Assembly: GCA_030390025.1 (NCBI GenBank)
Contig: CM059432.1
Span: 95,792,001 to 95,856,000 of the forward strand
Reading direction: 5' to 3'
Origin: Squalus acanthias
Lineage: Eukaryota
DNA: 64,000 nucleotides
Shown here: piece by piece, positions 1-12,216 of the stretch
How positions within the stretch are numbered: the stretch's first letter is position 1
Layout: each line of letters opens with the position of its first letter
The notes under the pieces: model-generated
What the model was told of the DNA's origin: nothing
Databases searched by the model: none
Seen by the model: the letters and a program-made list of their open reading frames with translations, nothing else
Translations under genes and position numbers: made by a program

Positions 1-417
1 GGGGAATATGCCTGATCCGGGGTGGCCCGAAAGGGGCTAGGACTAGTAATTATCCTTTCAACATCTTTCAGGGATGCTTTGGACACGGAACGTTGGTCCC
101 TCAAATTGGCCCTTGTTGCGACCGTTTCAGGTCCATAAATAGGATAGAACAAGGTCCAATTTCTACCCCAATTACTTTACTTCCCTCAGAAAAGAAAAGA
201 AATCTACCTTAAAGGTAGCAGCCACTTAAAGGGGCTGGTGGAATAGGAATACCATGAGAGAAGCTGTAGGCGCAAACAGGATTTGTGTACCATTGTCAAA
301 CCAGGAAAGATATCATTGCAGCTCTTCCTGTATTTTTGATACATCTGAAATCCATTGCTATCTGCCTGAAGCTTTGATTTGCCATTTTAATTTCTGATTT
401 TCCCATAGATTTTAAAC

Positions 418-748
418 TGAGTGTGGCACCAAGGAATCCTAGTAAAACTGAAGTCAGTAGGGAACGGGGGAAAAATCTCCAGTGGCAGAAGCCCTACCTG
501 GCACAAAGGAAGATGGTTGTGGTTGTTGGAGGCCAATCATTTCAGCCCCAGGACATCGCTGCAGGAGTTCCTCAGGGCAGTGTTCTAGGCCCAACCATCT
601 TCAGCTGCTTCATCAATGACCTTCCCTCCATCATAAGGTCAGAAATGAGGCTGTTCGATGATGATTGCACAGTGTTCAGCTCCATTCACAACTCCTCAGA
701 TAACGAACAGTCCGTGCCCGCATGCAGCAAGACCTGGACAACATTCAG
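418..748 (+). pseudogene. CR1/L2-group LINE reverse transcriptase fragment (same family as the LINE at 38737-44810)
   Basis: Encodes GVPQGSVLGP...F(D/A)DDC; closely matches ~43670-44000. Confidence 0.85.
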
Positions 749-872
749 AAGCTGACAGAAGCTGACAGGATTGCCGTCAAGGCCGACGGTGAGAGCAGGA
801 ATTGTGGCAGGAGCAAGATGCTGCCAAGGACAAAACCGATCATTGAAGGGAGAGGCAAGATTGCAGCAGGGG

Positions 873-1668
873 AACATAAGAACATAAGAAATAGGAGCAG
901 GAGTAGGCCATTCAGCCCTTCGAGCCTGCTCCGCCATTCAATGAGATCATGGCTGAACTTCTGCCTCAACTCCATTCACCGGCCCTATCGCCATATCCCT
1001 TGATGCCCTTACTGGTCAGAAATCTATCGACTTCTGTTTTGAATATACCCAATGACTGAGCCTCCACAGCCCGCTGGGGTAGAGAATTCCAAAGATTCAC
1101 CACCCTCTGTGTGAAGAAATTTCTTCTCATCTCAGTCCTGAATAGCCTACCCTTTATCCTGAGGCTGTGGCCCCTGGTTCTAGACTCCCCAGCCAAGAGA
1201 AACATTCTCCCAGCATCCACCCTATCAAGCCCTGTAATAATTTTGTATGCTTCAATGAGATCCCCTCTCATTCTTCTGAATTCAAGAGAATACAGGACTA
1301 GTTTACTCAATCTCTTCTCATACGACAGTTCCGCCATCCCAGGAATCAGCCTGGTGAACCTTCGCTGCACTCCCTCTATGGGAAGTATATCCTTCCTTAG
1401 GTAAGGAGACCAAAATTGTACACAGTACTCCAGGTGTGGTCTCACCAAGGCCCTGTATAATTTGAGTAAGATTTCTTTACTCCTGTACTCAAATCCTCTT
1501 GTAATGAAGGCCAGCATACCATTTGCCTTCCTAATGGTTTGCTGCACCTGTACATTCACTTTCAGTGACTCATGTACAAGGACACCCAGGTCCCTTTGAG
1601 CATCTGCATTCCCCAATCTTTCACCATTTGGGAAATACTCTGCCTTTCTGTTTTTTCTACCAAAGTGG
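873..1668 (-). mobile_element. 5'-truncated CR1 LINE, 3' end
   Basis: ORF 966-1616 has RDLGV, LYRALVRPHLEYCVQFWSP and NFFTQRVVNLWNSLP; 3' UTR ends in (TTCTTATG)-type repeats at ~873-890. Confidence 0.93.
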
Positions 1669-2113
1669 TGTACGGATTACTTGCGAAGCACTTCTGCCCA
1701 TCCTGGCCCTCAAGGGATCCTTCCAAAAATTATAACATGTAACTTACGTTGGCTTCTTCTGGCAACTCTGCTGCTTCCTGCCAGGTTTCTCTGGCGGGTT
1801 TGCCACTGGGTGGGCCGCCTCCCAAGTTGCAGTAAAAGTATTGCTGTGATTAGGGCCCCACCTGCATCTAGTGGAAGCCTCGGCCAACCTGAAAGTTGGC
1901 AAAGAGAAGATGGTGGTGGGCGGGAATGGAGAGAACTTGGGACGGTAAGTCGAATCACCTGATTTGAACCCCTTCAATGCACCATCCTGGGGGGTTAAAA
2001 TCGACCCCTAAATCTCTCCAAAAGATCCAAACCCAAAGCATAAAGTCTATCTCCATGGCTCAATGCACTTAGGCTGGGATCCTCTTTGTTGTTCTTCCCT
2101 GTATCTTCTCAAA

Positions 2114-2796
2114 AGGGGAAAAATTCGGTGCCGCCCCCTTTGGGGCGCTAACTTCGCCAAGGCGCTACTTTTAGCGCCCCCAAAAAGTTTGCGCCCCTGT
2201 GCCATAAATTCAGTGGTAGCGCCCCAAGCAGGAGGCGAGGCACAACTGGAAGCACTCCCCCTCTTTCCTGGGGCGCTACCATTGAATATCGCGATGCTAC
2301 GTGCAACAGCGCCACACGTGTCGGCACGTAGCGCCGCAGTATTGCAGGCCTCCCTCCCCTGATTAAAGGGGAGGGGCCTAGCACTGCGCGCACCGGGGCC
2401 CTGCTGGACCTCAAGGAGTGCCGGGCTGACCGATCACGACCGGCACCCCGCATAAAAAAGCGGAAGGGGGCAGGTGCTGTCAGATGGCCCAAAAAAATTG
2501 GCCACCCAGCACCTGCCCTTTTATTTGCGCCGACACGGCCGCAAAAACGGCACCCTGACTCTGTGGGACATATTGTCCGGCGGTAGGTCGGGGGCGCGAC
2601 CAAAGTTTGCGGCCAGGGTGTGAGCGGAGCGCGGCGCACGGCGTAACATCATCGCTGGAGGTGCAGCGCCGCGGGGCACTGTCGGCTACCGCCGCCGCTA
2701 ACCTCCCACTGAATTTTGCGGGAGGCGTTAGCAGCGCAGCACCCAGGCGTCCCGGGGGCGCTAACGGGAGGCGCAAAGCAATGCAAATTTTCCCCC
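2114..2796. mobile_element. Non-autonomous PIF/Harbinger-type MITE
   Basis: Termini AGGGGAAAAATT...AAATTTTCCCCC; AAA on both sides; subterminal GGCGCTAA/TTAGCGCC motifs as in B, D and E; no credible ORF. Confidence 0.75.
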
Positions 2797-3719
2797 AAAC
2801 TGTCCTTCCTGAGGTGGGGGTGGGGGGGGGGGGGGGCGACGAAAAGTTAGACAATACATCAGATGAGCTCTCAAGACAGCCAGACTGGTTCCTGGAAAAT
2901 AAGTAAACACTGTTTTCTTTAGTTAATTAAATATCACAGTTGCATAATTTAACATACAGATACCAATCTCTGCCTCTCTCAAACAATAAACGCATGCCTG
3001 GTTTCTCAAGAAGAAAACTGAGTCATCAATTTTTGCACCTCTTAGAAAATGGGTGGGTGGAGGTGGGGCTTGCCCTCTGTGAAAGGGCAGTCTCGTCAAC
3101 CATAAACATTTTCAGAGATTACATTAAAAAAAACTTCATTTAACAAGGATAAAAGTCCAAAAGTATTTTGTTTTGGATAAGAACATATTCCTGGAATTTT
3201 TGTGGGGGTTCTCCAGCATAAGATTGGCATAAGTAACCAGTTTTAGTCATTTACACCCTTTCTCCAAGGGTTCCACTGATCTCCCACCAAAGTTAATGCC
3301 AGACATCAGGAAAATCCAGCAGAAATTTAAAGCCCTGATAACAGCATAGTTTATGTTGCAGGTTACACAGAAAAAATTCAACGCAAAGTACAACCAATTT
3401 CAGAAGAAAATCCAGCCCTTAATATATTATAGATATAGATGATATCAATATAGATAGTTAGATTGGTGTAAACTGTAAATGCTCTATTAAAAATACAATT
3501 ATTTATGGGTATTTGCTTTGGCTTGCCAAATCCAGAAACAAGTGTGAAGGAACATGAAAAACAATTATAAAAATCATATTTAATTGCAGATGATGTAACA
3601 GTGAGTTAGAGCCAGACCTGTGATAAATAGTTTAATGATAATAGCTGTGTGTTATTATAGAATGGAAGGTACTATTGATAATTGTTTCTGTCTGATAGCT
3701 TTTGTGGTCGATACAGAGA

Positions 3720-3801
3720 GGAAAGCTATTTAACCCATCTCAGCTCATCCATCACCAGTCGCTCTGTTGCAACATCCAACTAGTTCTTAAATGATTTCAT
3801 G
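3720..3801 (-). mobile_element. Old CR1 3' fragment, left part (continues at 38433-38730)
   Basis: TTCTTAAATGATTTC-ATG joins ATG-GTTTTTGTCTCCACT at 38433 to give a continuous degraded CR1 3' region. Confidence 0.55.
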
Positions 3802-4049
3802 GGGCTGGATTTTACCAATCTCAGCAAGTCTGTGGCGGGCGACGTCGGTGGCGGGTCGCGACCCCGCTGCTGGCTCCAGCGCGTTTGCCAGCCAATTGAA
3901 GGAAGCGGGTCTGATGACGTCATTCGATGACGCGTCATCAGCCGGTTTCCTTAAAGGGACCATGCGCAAATTGATATTGACATTTGTGCTGTCAGTGTTC
4001 TACAGCATTGAGGTGCTGCAAACACTGACAAGCACTGCACAGAGCTGCA

Positions 4050-4270
4050 CGGCTGCCCCCAGACTCTCCCATGACTCCATCCATATGCTTATGGAGGGAG
4101 TCACAGTACGTAGGGAGGTCCTCTTCCCTCCCAATGGGCGGAAGAGACCTCCCCAGGAGGTCAACGCAGCCTGGTTGCACATTGCACAGGAGGACACAAG
4201 CAGGGATGTCGTCAGGGGGACCAGGCTGCAGTGGCGCAAACCTTTCAGTGATCTCAGTAGATCACGAAAC
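4050..4270 (+). pseudogene. Myb/SANT (trihelix) exon-1 remnant of Harbinger A
   Basis: AAPRLSHDSIHMLMEGVTVRREVLFP...AWLHIAQE...QWRKPFSDL aligns with the Myb N-termini of B and E. Confidence 0.75.
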
Positions 4271-5633
4271 GTTCCTGCAAAGCCACACTCAAACTCATCC
4301 TCCTGTGCCACTCATCACATCCCCACCACTCTGCCTTCCCTACCCTACTCCTACACATCCTTACTCGCACCAACTTACCTTGCACCTCCACCCATCCCTC
4401 TCTATCTACATTATCACTTCCCCATCTCACTAGCCACCCCTCACACTCACCCTCATCCTTGTGCAATCATAACAACTAACAACACACAAGGGTAGCCACT
4501 TGTGTGTTTTAGCCAATGTTCATGTGAAGTTTCTGTTAATGTGGTGTCAAACATTGAAACCTTTATTTTCAACACTTTGGGGGAAAAATTCGGTATCGAC
4601 CATTTTGGGGCGCTAACTTTAATTGGCGCCAGTGACCACGAAATTGAGTTTTAGCGCCCCAAGAGGGAAGTGGAGCGCTAAATCAAGCGCTACACACTTC
4701 TCTTAGGGCGCTATGGTCCGACAGCGGGGCGCTACGGTCCGACAGCGGGGCGCTACCTTCAGAGCGCAAATCAAGTTGTGAATTAGAGAGTCCTCCGACA
4801 GACTGGCGCCTTCCAGTTCTTAAAGGGGAGGTTCAATCATGCTGCACAGCCTCACCCTGATCATTGCTGCTTGCGAACTGGGCCTGCAAGGAGCTGCAAG
4901 CCTTCACCAAAGAAGTAATGGCTGATCAGAGGCCCAGAGAGAACGCTCGCCGGTTCAGCGACCACACTTTGGAGGTTCTGGCCGTGGTCGTGGATTGCCA
5001 ACAGGCAGTGGTCTTCCTGGACACTGGCAGGAGGCCATTGCCACAGGCCTTTAGGAGGATGTGGAGGGAGGTCACCCAGGACGTGTCGGCCAGAAGTGTG
5101 GTCCCCAGAACTCTCACCCAGTGCCGGAAGAAATTCAATGACCTCACTCGAAAGTGGTCAGGGTGAGTACATGCTTCAAAAACCTCTTCATTTCAACATC
5201 TCAAGCTCACTCTGTGCACACTGCATAAACCGCCACATCCCCAACACTCACCCACCAACTATGCCCACCTACTAAAAGTTACATCCACATGTCACGCCTT
5301 GCATACATTAACAGCTATTCAACTATGGTAGGCACATCTGCCAAACACATAGCTGCACACTCACTCACACGCTTTCCTTTTGCTTGAAGGCCAAGCTTGC
5401 TCACAACAGCAGGGAGCAGCTACGAACAGGAGGAGGTGAGGTGGTCCTGCACCCCCTTACAGACCTGGAGGAGTGAGTGGGCCGCATCACTGGGGCCCAG
5501 TTCATGGACTCTGTGGCCGTCGGAGACGTCGACCCCCTTGGGGACAACAACGGTATGTTCATCACCTCTCCCTCTTCTCTCATACTACTTCCCCTCACAC
5601 CGCAAGCCTTTCCCACTTTCCATCTAAGTATAC

Positions 5634-5739
5634 ATTACAAGAGTGACTCCACTTCAAAAGTACTTCTTTGGTTGTAAAGCGCTTTGAGACGTCCGGTGGT
5701 CGTGAAAGGCGCTATATAAATGCAAGTATTTCTTTCTTT
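5634..5739 (+). mobile_element. SINE or L2-type 3' tail in Myb intron 2
   Basis: AAAGCGCTTTGAGACG...GGCGCTATATAAATGCAAG followed by (TTTC)n; TATAC on both sides; same tail at 40440-40547 on the minus strand. Confidence 0.75.
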
Positions 5740-6534
5740 TATACTGTCTTCATTCCTTGTTCTCTTCCTGCCCCCCTCCCCTGACGTTAACCCCACTCTT
5801 GTGCCTTTATGCTTTCAGATAATCAGCCACCAGCTGACCAGCCTGTCCCTCAGCCTCCCAGTGGCAGCGAGGCGGGAGAGGAGGAGGAAGAACAAGCCTG
5901 TGTCTCCCGAAGGCGCTAGGTCCAATAATGGGGCGACGCGGTCGCTGGACAGGAGCCTAGTAGATGGGTCTGATGTGGGTGAAGTCCTGGGACCCAGCGG
6001 GCTGCAGCAACGCCATGGGGAAAGGGAAGCTCGGGGGCCATCTCCCCGGAGGGCGAGTTCGTGCACAAGTTCTGCTGTACAGGACTCAGATGAGGACGTT
6101 GATGTGGAGACGTTGACCAGACGGGCGATGGGCATGCACACCGAGCTCATGCGTGCAATGGCAAGGGTGCCCGAGAGCATGGATACACTGGCAAGGAGCG
6201 TGGAGGAGTTCGCCGCCAGCATTGCCCTCTGCTCTGCTCACACCATCAAGCCCATCCTTGGCAGTTTGCAAAGGATGGTCGACTCGCAGAGAGACTGTGG
6301 AGACCCAGACCTCATGCTGCATGTCATGGGTGAGGTGGCAGCATCTATTGCAGCACAGGTCGAAGCAATGCAATGGCTTAGTGCTGTAATGTAGTCAGTG
6401 GTTGCTGGCATCCAGTCTCAGATTACTCTCATGCAGTCTCAGATTGATGCCACGCAAGCGCTGACTGCTGCCATCGTTGCTGGGTCGTCCACAGTCCACC
6501 GGAGATCTCGCAGTGCTGCAGTAGGCCAGCAATC

Positions 6535-8196
6535 TGTAGAATTCGCAATATATCGTGATTTTATTAATAAGAAGAAAACACAGAGTTTCGTTCAAACAGC
6601 TTTTATTTCAGTAGAATGCTGGCAGGTTTAAAGTGGACACAAGCAGCCTGTAAAATGGCCGCCGCACCTCGTGACAGAACATTCTAGACTTTTCAACAGG
6701 CAGACAAGATGGCGTTCCAATAAACATTTGTGCAAGATCGATTAAGAGTCAGCACAGTGAAGATAATACACGAGACATTATGGGTTTGCAGTATACACAT
6801 AGATACTGAAATCGGTCTCCCAGGTACAAAGGAAAGCCATTGTACCGAGTAATCAAGGGCCCATCCAAAAGACATTAATATGTAAAATCCCAACGACTCT
6901 ACGATGAGAGAGCCGTTAGCAGGTAGTTATACAGGACACTTGGAAGCCCCAAACCCCTCCAGGGAGATTACCGACCGATTTAACAATGGGAGAAATATTA
7001 ACAGGTACTCAGACATTTACGAGTAGCCCCGAAACCCATTAAGAACGGAGATCACCCATACAAGACATTTGAGCGCCAGACCTTAAACAAAAGAATGGAC
7101 ATTATAGTTGGGCGGGAAACGGAAGATTTTGCACTATAATTGCAGGCTCCAAACCGTCCATTCTCTCTCTTGCTGCTCTTATCATCGTGGCTGCTCCTGT
7201 GCTCTTATCCGGTCGATTCGTAACCTCGTGGCTGCTCCTGTGTACTCGTAGTTGGGCTTCTGCTTGCCTGTTGCCTCTTCTGAAAAGACTGTTGAACTTT
7301 CTGATCCGTTCGGATCTACCTCGTGTCGCGTAACGAAGACCTATATTGGTAACCGGTATCGGAACCAAAAGGCCCGAGAAGAGATGAGATGAGATGAGAT
7401 GAGAAGAGAGGAAGACCATATCCATCGCCACGGTCAGTAAATCCCGACCGCGCCTGTAGGTCGATTAGCCAAGTTTTCCTCGCCAGGAAGACTTCTTCGA
7501 ACTTATAACGAAACATATTGCATCGATGATAACTGGACTGTGCCCAAAGTAACTGGAATGTGAAAGCCACCAATACAGATCTTCATCAGCAGACGTTCCA
7601 GCCTGCTAGCCGGAGCAGCAGAAGCAAGTAAACAAGTGGGACCAGGAGATCTCCTGACCGACACGTGGGTGCTGCGGTGAAAAACATCCGATCAGCTATT
7701 CGGAATTTCTCCGAGTTATCACGAGTGGTGAGCATGAGTCTCGAGATCCTACGAATCTAGTTTAGGACAGATATTGATAGGGGAGGGTTTAAGGATTAAG
7801 GATATTTGTAATGTGTGCCCCTATTTACTTTGTGCCGTTCGTTCCTCGTTTCCCTAAGATCGACTATATAACTGTTTGTAAGATTGTACTGTCATTAATC
7901 TGTGCTTATGACATGTATTTCATAATCTTAAGTATCATGCAATAAAGATTTTCCATTTCGTACCATTCAAACCGAGTCTACATGAGTTTCATCTCCATTA
8001 CTGCTCTCGCATCTAAGTCCAGTGTCTAGAACCGTAAGGGAGAGTGATTCGAACCACTCACAGGTGTGTCTAGTGTTCCCAGACTGGCTGGAGACCAGAA
8101 CAGGCAACAAGGCCTAGACCCGCACTGACATACAGGCTGCACAGAGCCGCGTGGATCCCACAGGCTGCGAGACACGCAGGGTCAGAATCCCTTACA
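6535..8196 (+). mobile_element. Solo LTR, 1662 bp (Gypsy- or retrovirus-type)
   Basis: TGTA...TACA ends; 4-bp TSD AATC (6531-6534, 8197-8200); removal restores GQQSVLKQIA of the Myb exon; AATAAA at 7941. Strand is tentative. Confidence 0.85.
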
Positions 8197-8643
8197 AATC
8201 TGTGCTCAAGCAGATTGCAGCAGATGCTGAGGTTATGCCTCGGGGGAGTGGCAGTGTGTCGGTCCAGCAGGAAGGTGCTGTCCTCTCTCAGGATGACAGC
8301 ATTCCTGCTCCCACCACTGCCACTCCACCATTGCACTTGTCGCAGTCTGTAACTCAGCCACCCCAGACTGCTGCCGCTCACGTTGCAACCCAGCCATTTC
8401 AGAATGCTGCCGCCCAGGCCCAGAGCTGGTCGAGGGCGTCCTGTAAGGCCATCTGCAGTCTCTGGCTCCCAGACTCAGCAGCCTATCACCAGCCTTGCTG
8501 CAGCCGCTGGGGCCACATTACGGAGGGGCAGTGGAGTTGGGAGGGGGGATCTCAAAAGGGGAGGGAAATCATTGAAGAAGGGGGAGTAAAGAATACTTTA
8601 GTAGCAAATGTGTGTTAATAACTTGATGTGTTGTAAATATAGT

Positions 8644-9428
8644 GGCCCTGAAATTCGCCTCTCCGGCTTGCCGTGGGAGTAAGGATCGCGCGCGCACTTA
8701 CCTACTGCGCCTGCCGTTGACCTCTGGGCCCACGGGAACTTCAGCTCCTGGGCCTGCTCCAAGTGCCGGCGCGCAGTGCTTGCATGTCCCAGGGGCGTAG
8801 TTAGTGCAATGCGTCCCCTGGGATCACGTGGGCCATGGAGAGCCAATGGCAGCAGACCATCTTTCATTCATAGATTTGACAGGAAGACCTGTCAAATCTA
8901 TGAATTGAAATCGGCCCCAAAAGAACAGCTAAACTTCAAATAATTTAAAAAAAAAACATCACATTTATAAAATAACTATAAGTTAAATAAATTAACTACT
9001 TTAAACAAAAATTTAAATTTTTGAAAAAATTAAAATACTTTTTAATAGTGCTAAAAATAAACTTACCTTTCTTTAAAGTATCTAAAAAAGATAAACCTGT
9101 TGAAAATTTTTTTTAATTATTATTAATTAACCACTTACCTTGGTGAAAATGGGTCCTGCACCTCCTTTTTAAAAGCGTAGGTTCTTCAATACTTACCCTC
9201 CCGGAGAAACCTGAAAAAAAACCTAAGTTTGCTGCGTGCGCGCAGCCTCTACCGCGCACGCGGTTCACCTCTGAACTGCGCGGTTCACCTCTGAACTGCT
9301 CCCTTCACCAGACCGGAAGTTCCGGTTTCCCGCGCATGCGCAGTGCATGCAGGAAACCGGCACTTCAGGTGGCCTTGCGGGTGAGTACACAGTGCGTACT
9401 CACCCGGCAAGTGCCGAAGTTTTGGCCC
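8644..9428. mobile_element. Harbinger-type MITE C (other copies 13968-14700, 19241-19973, 24513-25245, 29785-30517, 35057-35789)
   Basis: TIRs GGCCCTGAAATTCG / CGAAGTTTTGGCCC; TSD AGT; GC-rich hairpin arms around an AT-rich core. Confidence 0.82.
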
Positions 9429-9431
9429 AGT

Positions 9432-9591
9432 GTTGTGTTTGTGAACAAATAGTTATGTTTGTAAATAAATATTTGTGTTTGGCAACAAATAGTTCAGTTT
9501 GATAAGAAAGAGTTGCGTTTGTTGATAAATGGTTGTGTTTGGTTATGAATAGTTGTGTTTCATAACAGAGAGTTGTGTTCGATAATAAATT
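9432..9591 (+). repeat. Degenerate 20-bp minisatellite, about 8 units (present in every array unit)
   Basis: GTTGTGTTTGTGAACAAATA / GTTATGTTTGTAAATAAATA / TTTGTGTTTGGCAACAAATA and so on. Confidence 0.8.
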
Positions 9592-9597
9592 GTTAAT

Positions 9598-11279
9598 TTG
9601 ACGATGCGGCAGAGATGGAGAAACTGGGAGAATGGAATAGAGTCCTTACAGGAAGCGGGGTGGGAGGAAGTGTAGTCCAGGTAGCTGTGGGAGTCAGTGG
9701 GCTTATAGTGAATGTTTATCAATAGCCTATCCCAAGAGATGGAGACAGAGAAGTTGAAGAAGGGAAGGGAAGAGTCGGAGATGGACCATGTGAAGATGAG
9801 GGAAGGGTGGAAATTGGAGGCAAAGTGAATGAAATTTTCTAGTTCAGGGCAAGAGCAGGAAACAGCACCGATACAGTCATAAATGTACCGGAAAAAGAGG
9901 TGAGGGAGGGAACCTGAGTAGGACTGGAACAAAGAATGTTCCACATATCCCACGAAAAGGCAGGCATAGCTGGGATCCATGCGGGTTCCCATAGCAACAC
10001 CTTTGATTTGGAGGAAGTGAGTGGAGTCAAAGGAGAAGTTGTTCAATGTGAGAACAAGTTCAGCCAGGCAGAGGAGGGTGGTGGTGGATGGGGACTGGTT
10101 GGGCCTCTGTTCAAGGAAGAAGCGGAGCGCCCTCAGGCCATCCTGGTGGGGGATGGAGGTGTAGAGGGATTGTACGCCCATATTGAAAAGGAGGCGGTTG
10201 GGGCCAGGAAACTGGAAACTGTTAAAGTGATGGAGGGTGTCGGAAGAGTTGCGGATGTAGGTGGGAAGAGACTGGACAAGGGGAGAAAAAATAGAGTTGA
10301 GATAGGAAGAGATAAGTTCTGTGGGGCAAGAACAGGCTGAAATGATGGGTCTACCGGGGCAGTCCTGTTTGTGGATCTTGGGAAGGAGGTAGAAGCGGGC
10401 TGTGCGGGGTTGGGGAATTATGAGGTTGGCAGCCGTGGGGGGAAGATCTCCAGAGGAGATGAGGTCAGTGAAGATCTTGGAAATGGTGACTTGATGTTCG
10501 GTAGTGGGGTCATGGTCCAGGTGGAGGTAGGAGGAGGTGTTGGAGAGTTGGCGTTCAGTCTCCGCTAGGTAGAGGTCGATTCGCCAAACAACAACAGCAC
10601 CACCCTTGTCAGCAGGTTTAATGACAATGTCGGGGTTGGATCTGATAGAATGGAGTGCTGCAAGTTCAGAGGGAGGTAGGTTGGAGTGAGTGAGGGGAGC
10701 AGAGAAATGGAGACGGCCGATGTCACGCCGGCAGTTTGCAATGAAAAGATCTAGAGAGGATAAGAGGCCAGAGGGAGGGGTCCAGGTAGAACGGGAATTC
10801 TGAAAACGGGAGAAAGGGTCAGCCCTGCGGGGGGAAGACTCCTGGCCAAAGAAGTGGGCACGGAGACGAAGGCGGAGGAAAAGAGCTCAGCATCGTGCCG
10901 AGCTCGAAATTCATTGAGATGGGGGTGTAAGGGGATGAAGCTCAGGCCTTTGCTAAGGACCGATCGTTTGGGGTCAGAGAGGGGAAGGTCAAAGGGGATA
11001 GTGAAAACAGGGTAGAGGGTGAGATTGGAAGAAGGGATGGGGTCAGAGGAAAGTGAAGGGGAAGAAGGTTCCGGTGGCGTGTTGGTGTCCAAGAGTTGAT
11101 GAAGCTTGCGATCCTTGACACCTGAAAGGAAGAAAAAAAGTTTTTTGTTAAAGCGCCGGATGAGGCGAAGGATGAAATGGAACTGCGGACCAGGACAGCT
11201 TTGAGATAGAGTGAGTCGGTGCTGCTGAAGAGAGAGGCAGAGAGTGTTCATGTGGCGGCGCATGGCATTCAGCGTGGAT
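9598..11279 (-). pseudogene. Penelope-like element RT fragment without GIY-YIG (copies 14870-16551, 20143-21824, 25415-27096, 30687-32368; partial 35959-36709)
   Basis: IVIKPADKGGAVVVW (~10580-10630), SLYTSIP, QIKGVAMG, RYIYD (decayed YIDD), YKPTDSHSYLDYTSSHP; frameshifted. Confidence 0.92.
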
Positions 11280-12216
11280 GAATGGAAAGGGAGACTCGAT
11301 CAGGGGAGTACAGCAGGGCTCCTCCAGAGCGGTCAAGGCAGCGGAACCGTTGCTTTCACACCCTGATAGTCTGTTCGATCAGGTTCCTGGTGGCGGTATG
11401 GCTGTCACTGTATGCGTGCTGAGCAGGAGTGTTGGGGTTGCGGAGGGGTGTCATCAGCCAGGTGGCGAGTAGATAATCCTTGTCTCTGAGCAGCCAGCCA
11501 CGAGCTTCATGTGGTGGTTGGAACAGTGCTGGGACACCAGTCTGTCGCAGGGTGAATGCATCGTGGCTGCTGCCAGGATGGCGGGCATCGACGGCGAGGA
11601 TGAGCTGCCTGTGGTCGCACACCAACTGAATGTTCAGAGAGTGGTAGCCTTTGCGGTTGTGGAACACCTCTGCATTGTGATGAGGTGCCCACAATGCCCC
11701 GTGGGTGCAGTCAATGGTGCCCTGAACCATGGGGAAGCCCGCTATCCTGGCAAAGCCATATGAGCATTCATCTTGCTTCTCTCTGGTGATGGGGAATGAG
11801 ATATACTCACTTCTCCTTCTGTAGAGAGCGTCTGTTAGCTTCTGGAAGCAGCAATGCACGGTGAACTGCGAAATGTTTGCAATATCCCCTGTTGAAGCTT
11901 GGAAGGAGCCGCTGGCGTAGAAATTGACAGTGACTGTGACTTTAACTGCCACCGACAGAGACGTCCTGGTCCTGAGCTGAGGCTGGAGGTCTGGCTGCAG
12001 GAGGTGGCAGAGCTCTGTGACCTTCTAAGGCGCTGCTCCTCTGAGAGACAAATGTAGGAGAAGTGCTCCCGGGAAACCCTGGGAGGGTAAGGCCTCCTGT
12101 TGCGAGGTCTGTTGGCCCTCCTCCTACCTCTGGCCACATTTGGCAATCTCTGTCTCTGATCCGCTGCCTCCGACGTAGTTGCCGGGGGGAAGGTGGAGTG
12201 CCAGTACAGCCCCCAT
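11280..12216 (-). pseudogene. Harbinger DDE transposase of B, frameshifted and 3'-truncated (copies 16552-17488, 21825-22761, 27097-28033, 32369-33305)
   Basis: GTIDCTH, NRKGYHSLN, SSHDA, DKDY, RNLIE, KQRFRCLD; collinear with the intact ORF at 55349-56509. Confidence 0.93.

Larger units (their letters stand above)
4918..8589 (+). pseudogene. Three-exon Myb/SANT gene of B (exons 4918-5162, 5390-5552, 5819-8589), disrupted
   Basis: RRFSD...W.EV...RTLTQCRKKFNDL; GT-AG introns at the same positions as in E; exon 2 is 163 nt in both; carries a frameshift, premature stops and a solo-LTR insertion. Confidence 0.88.

Noticed and set aside
9189..9200. U1 snRNA gene (ATACTTACC)
   Set aside because: Only the first 9 nt match; no U1 body follows.
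9432..9591. CRISPR-like array
   Set aside because: Degenerate 20-bp period with no unique spacers, no cas genes, and a eukaryotic context.
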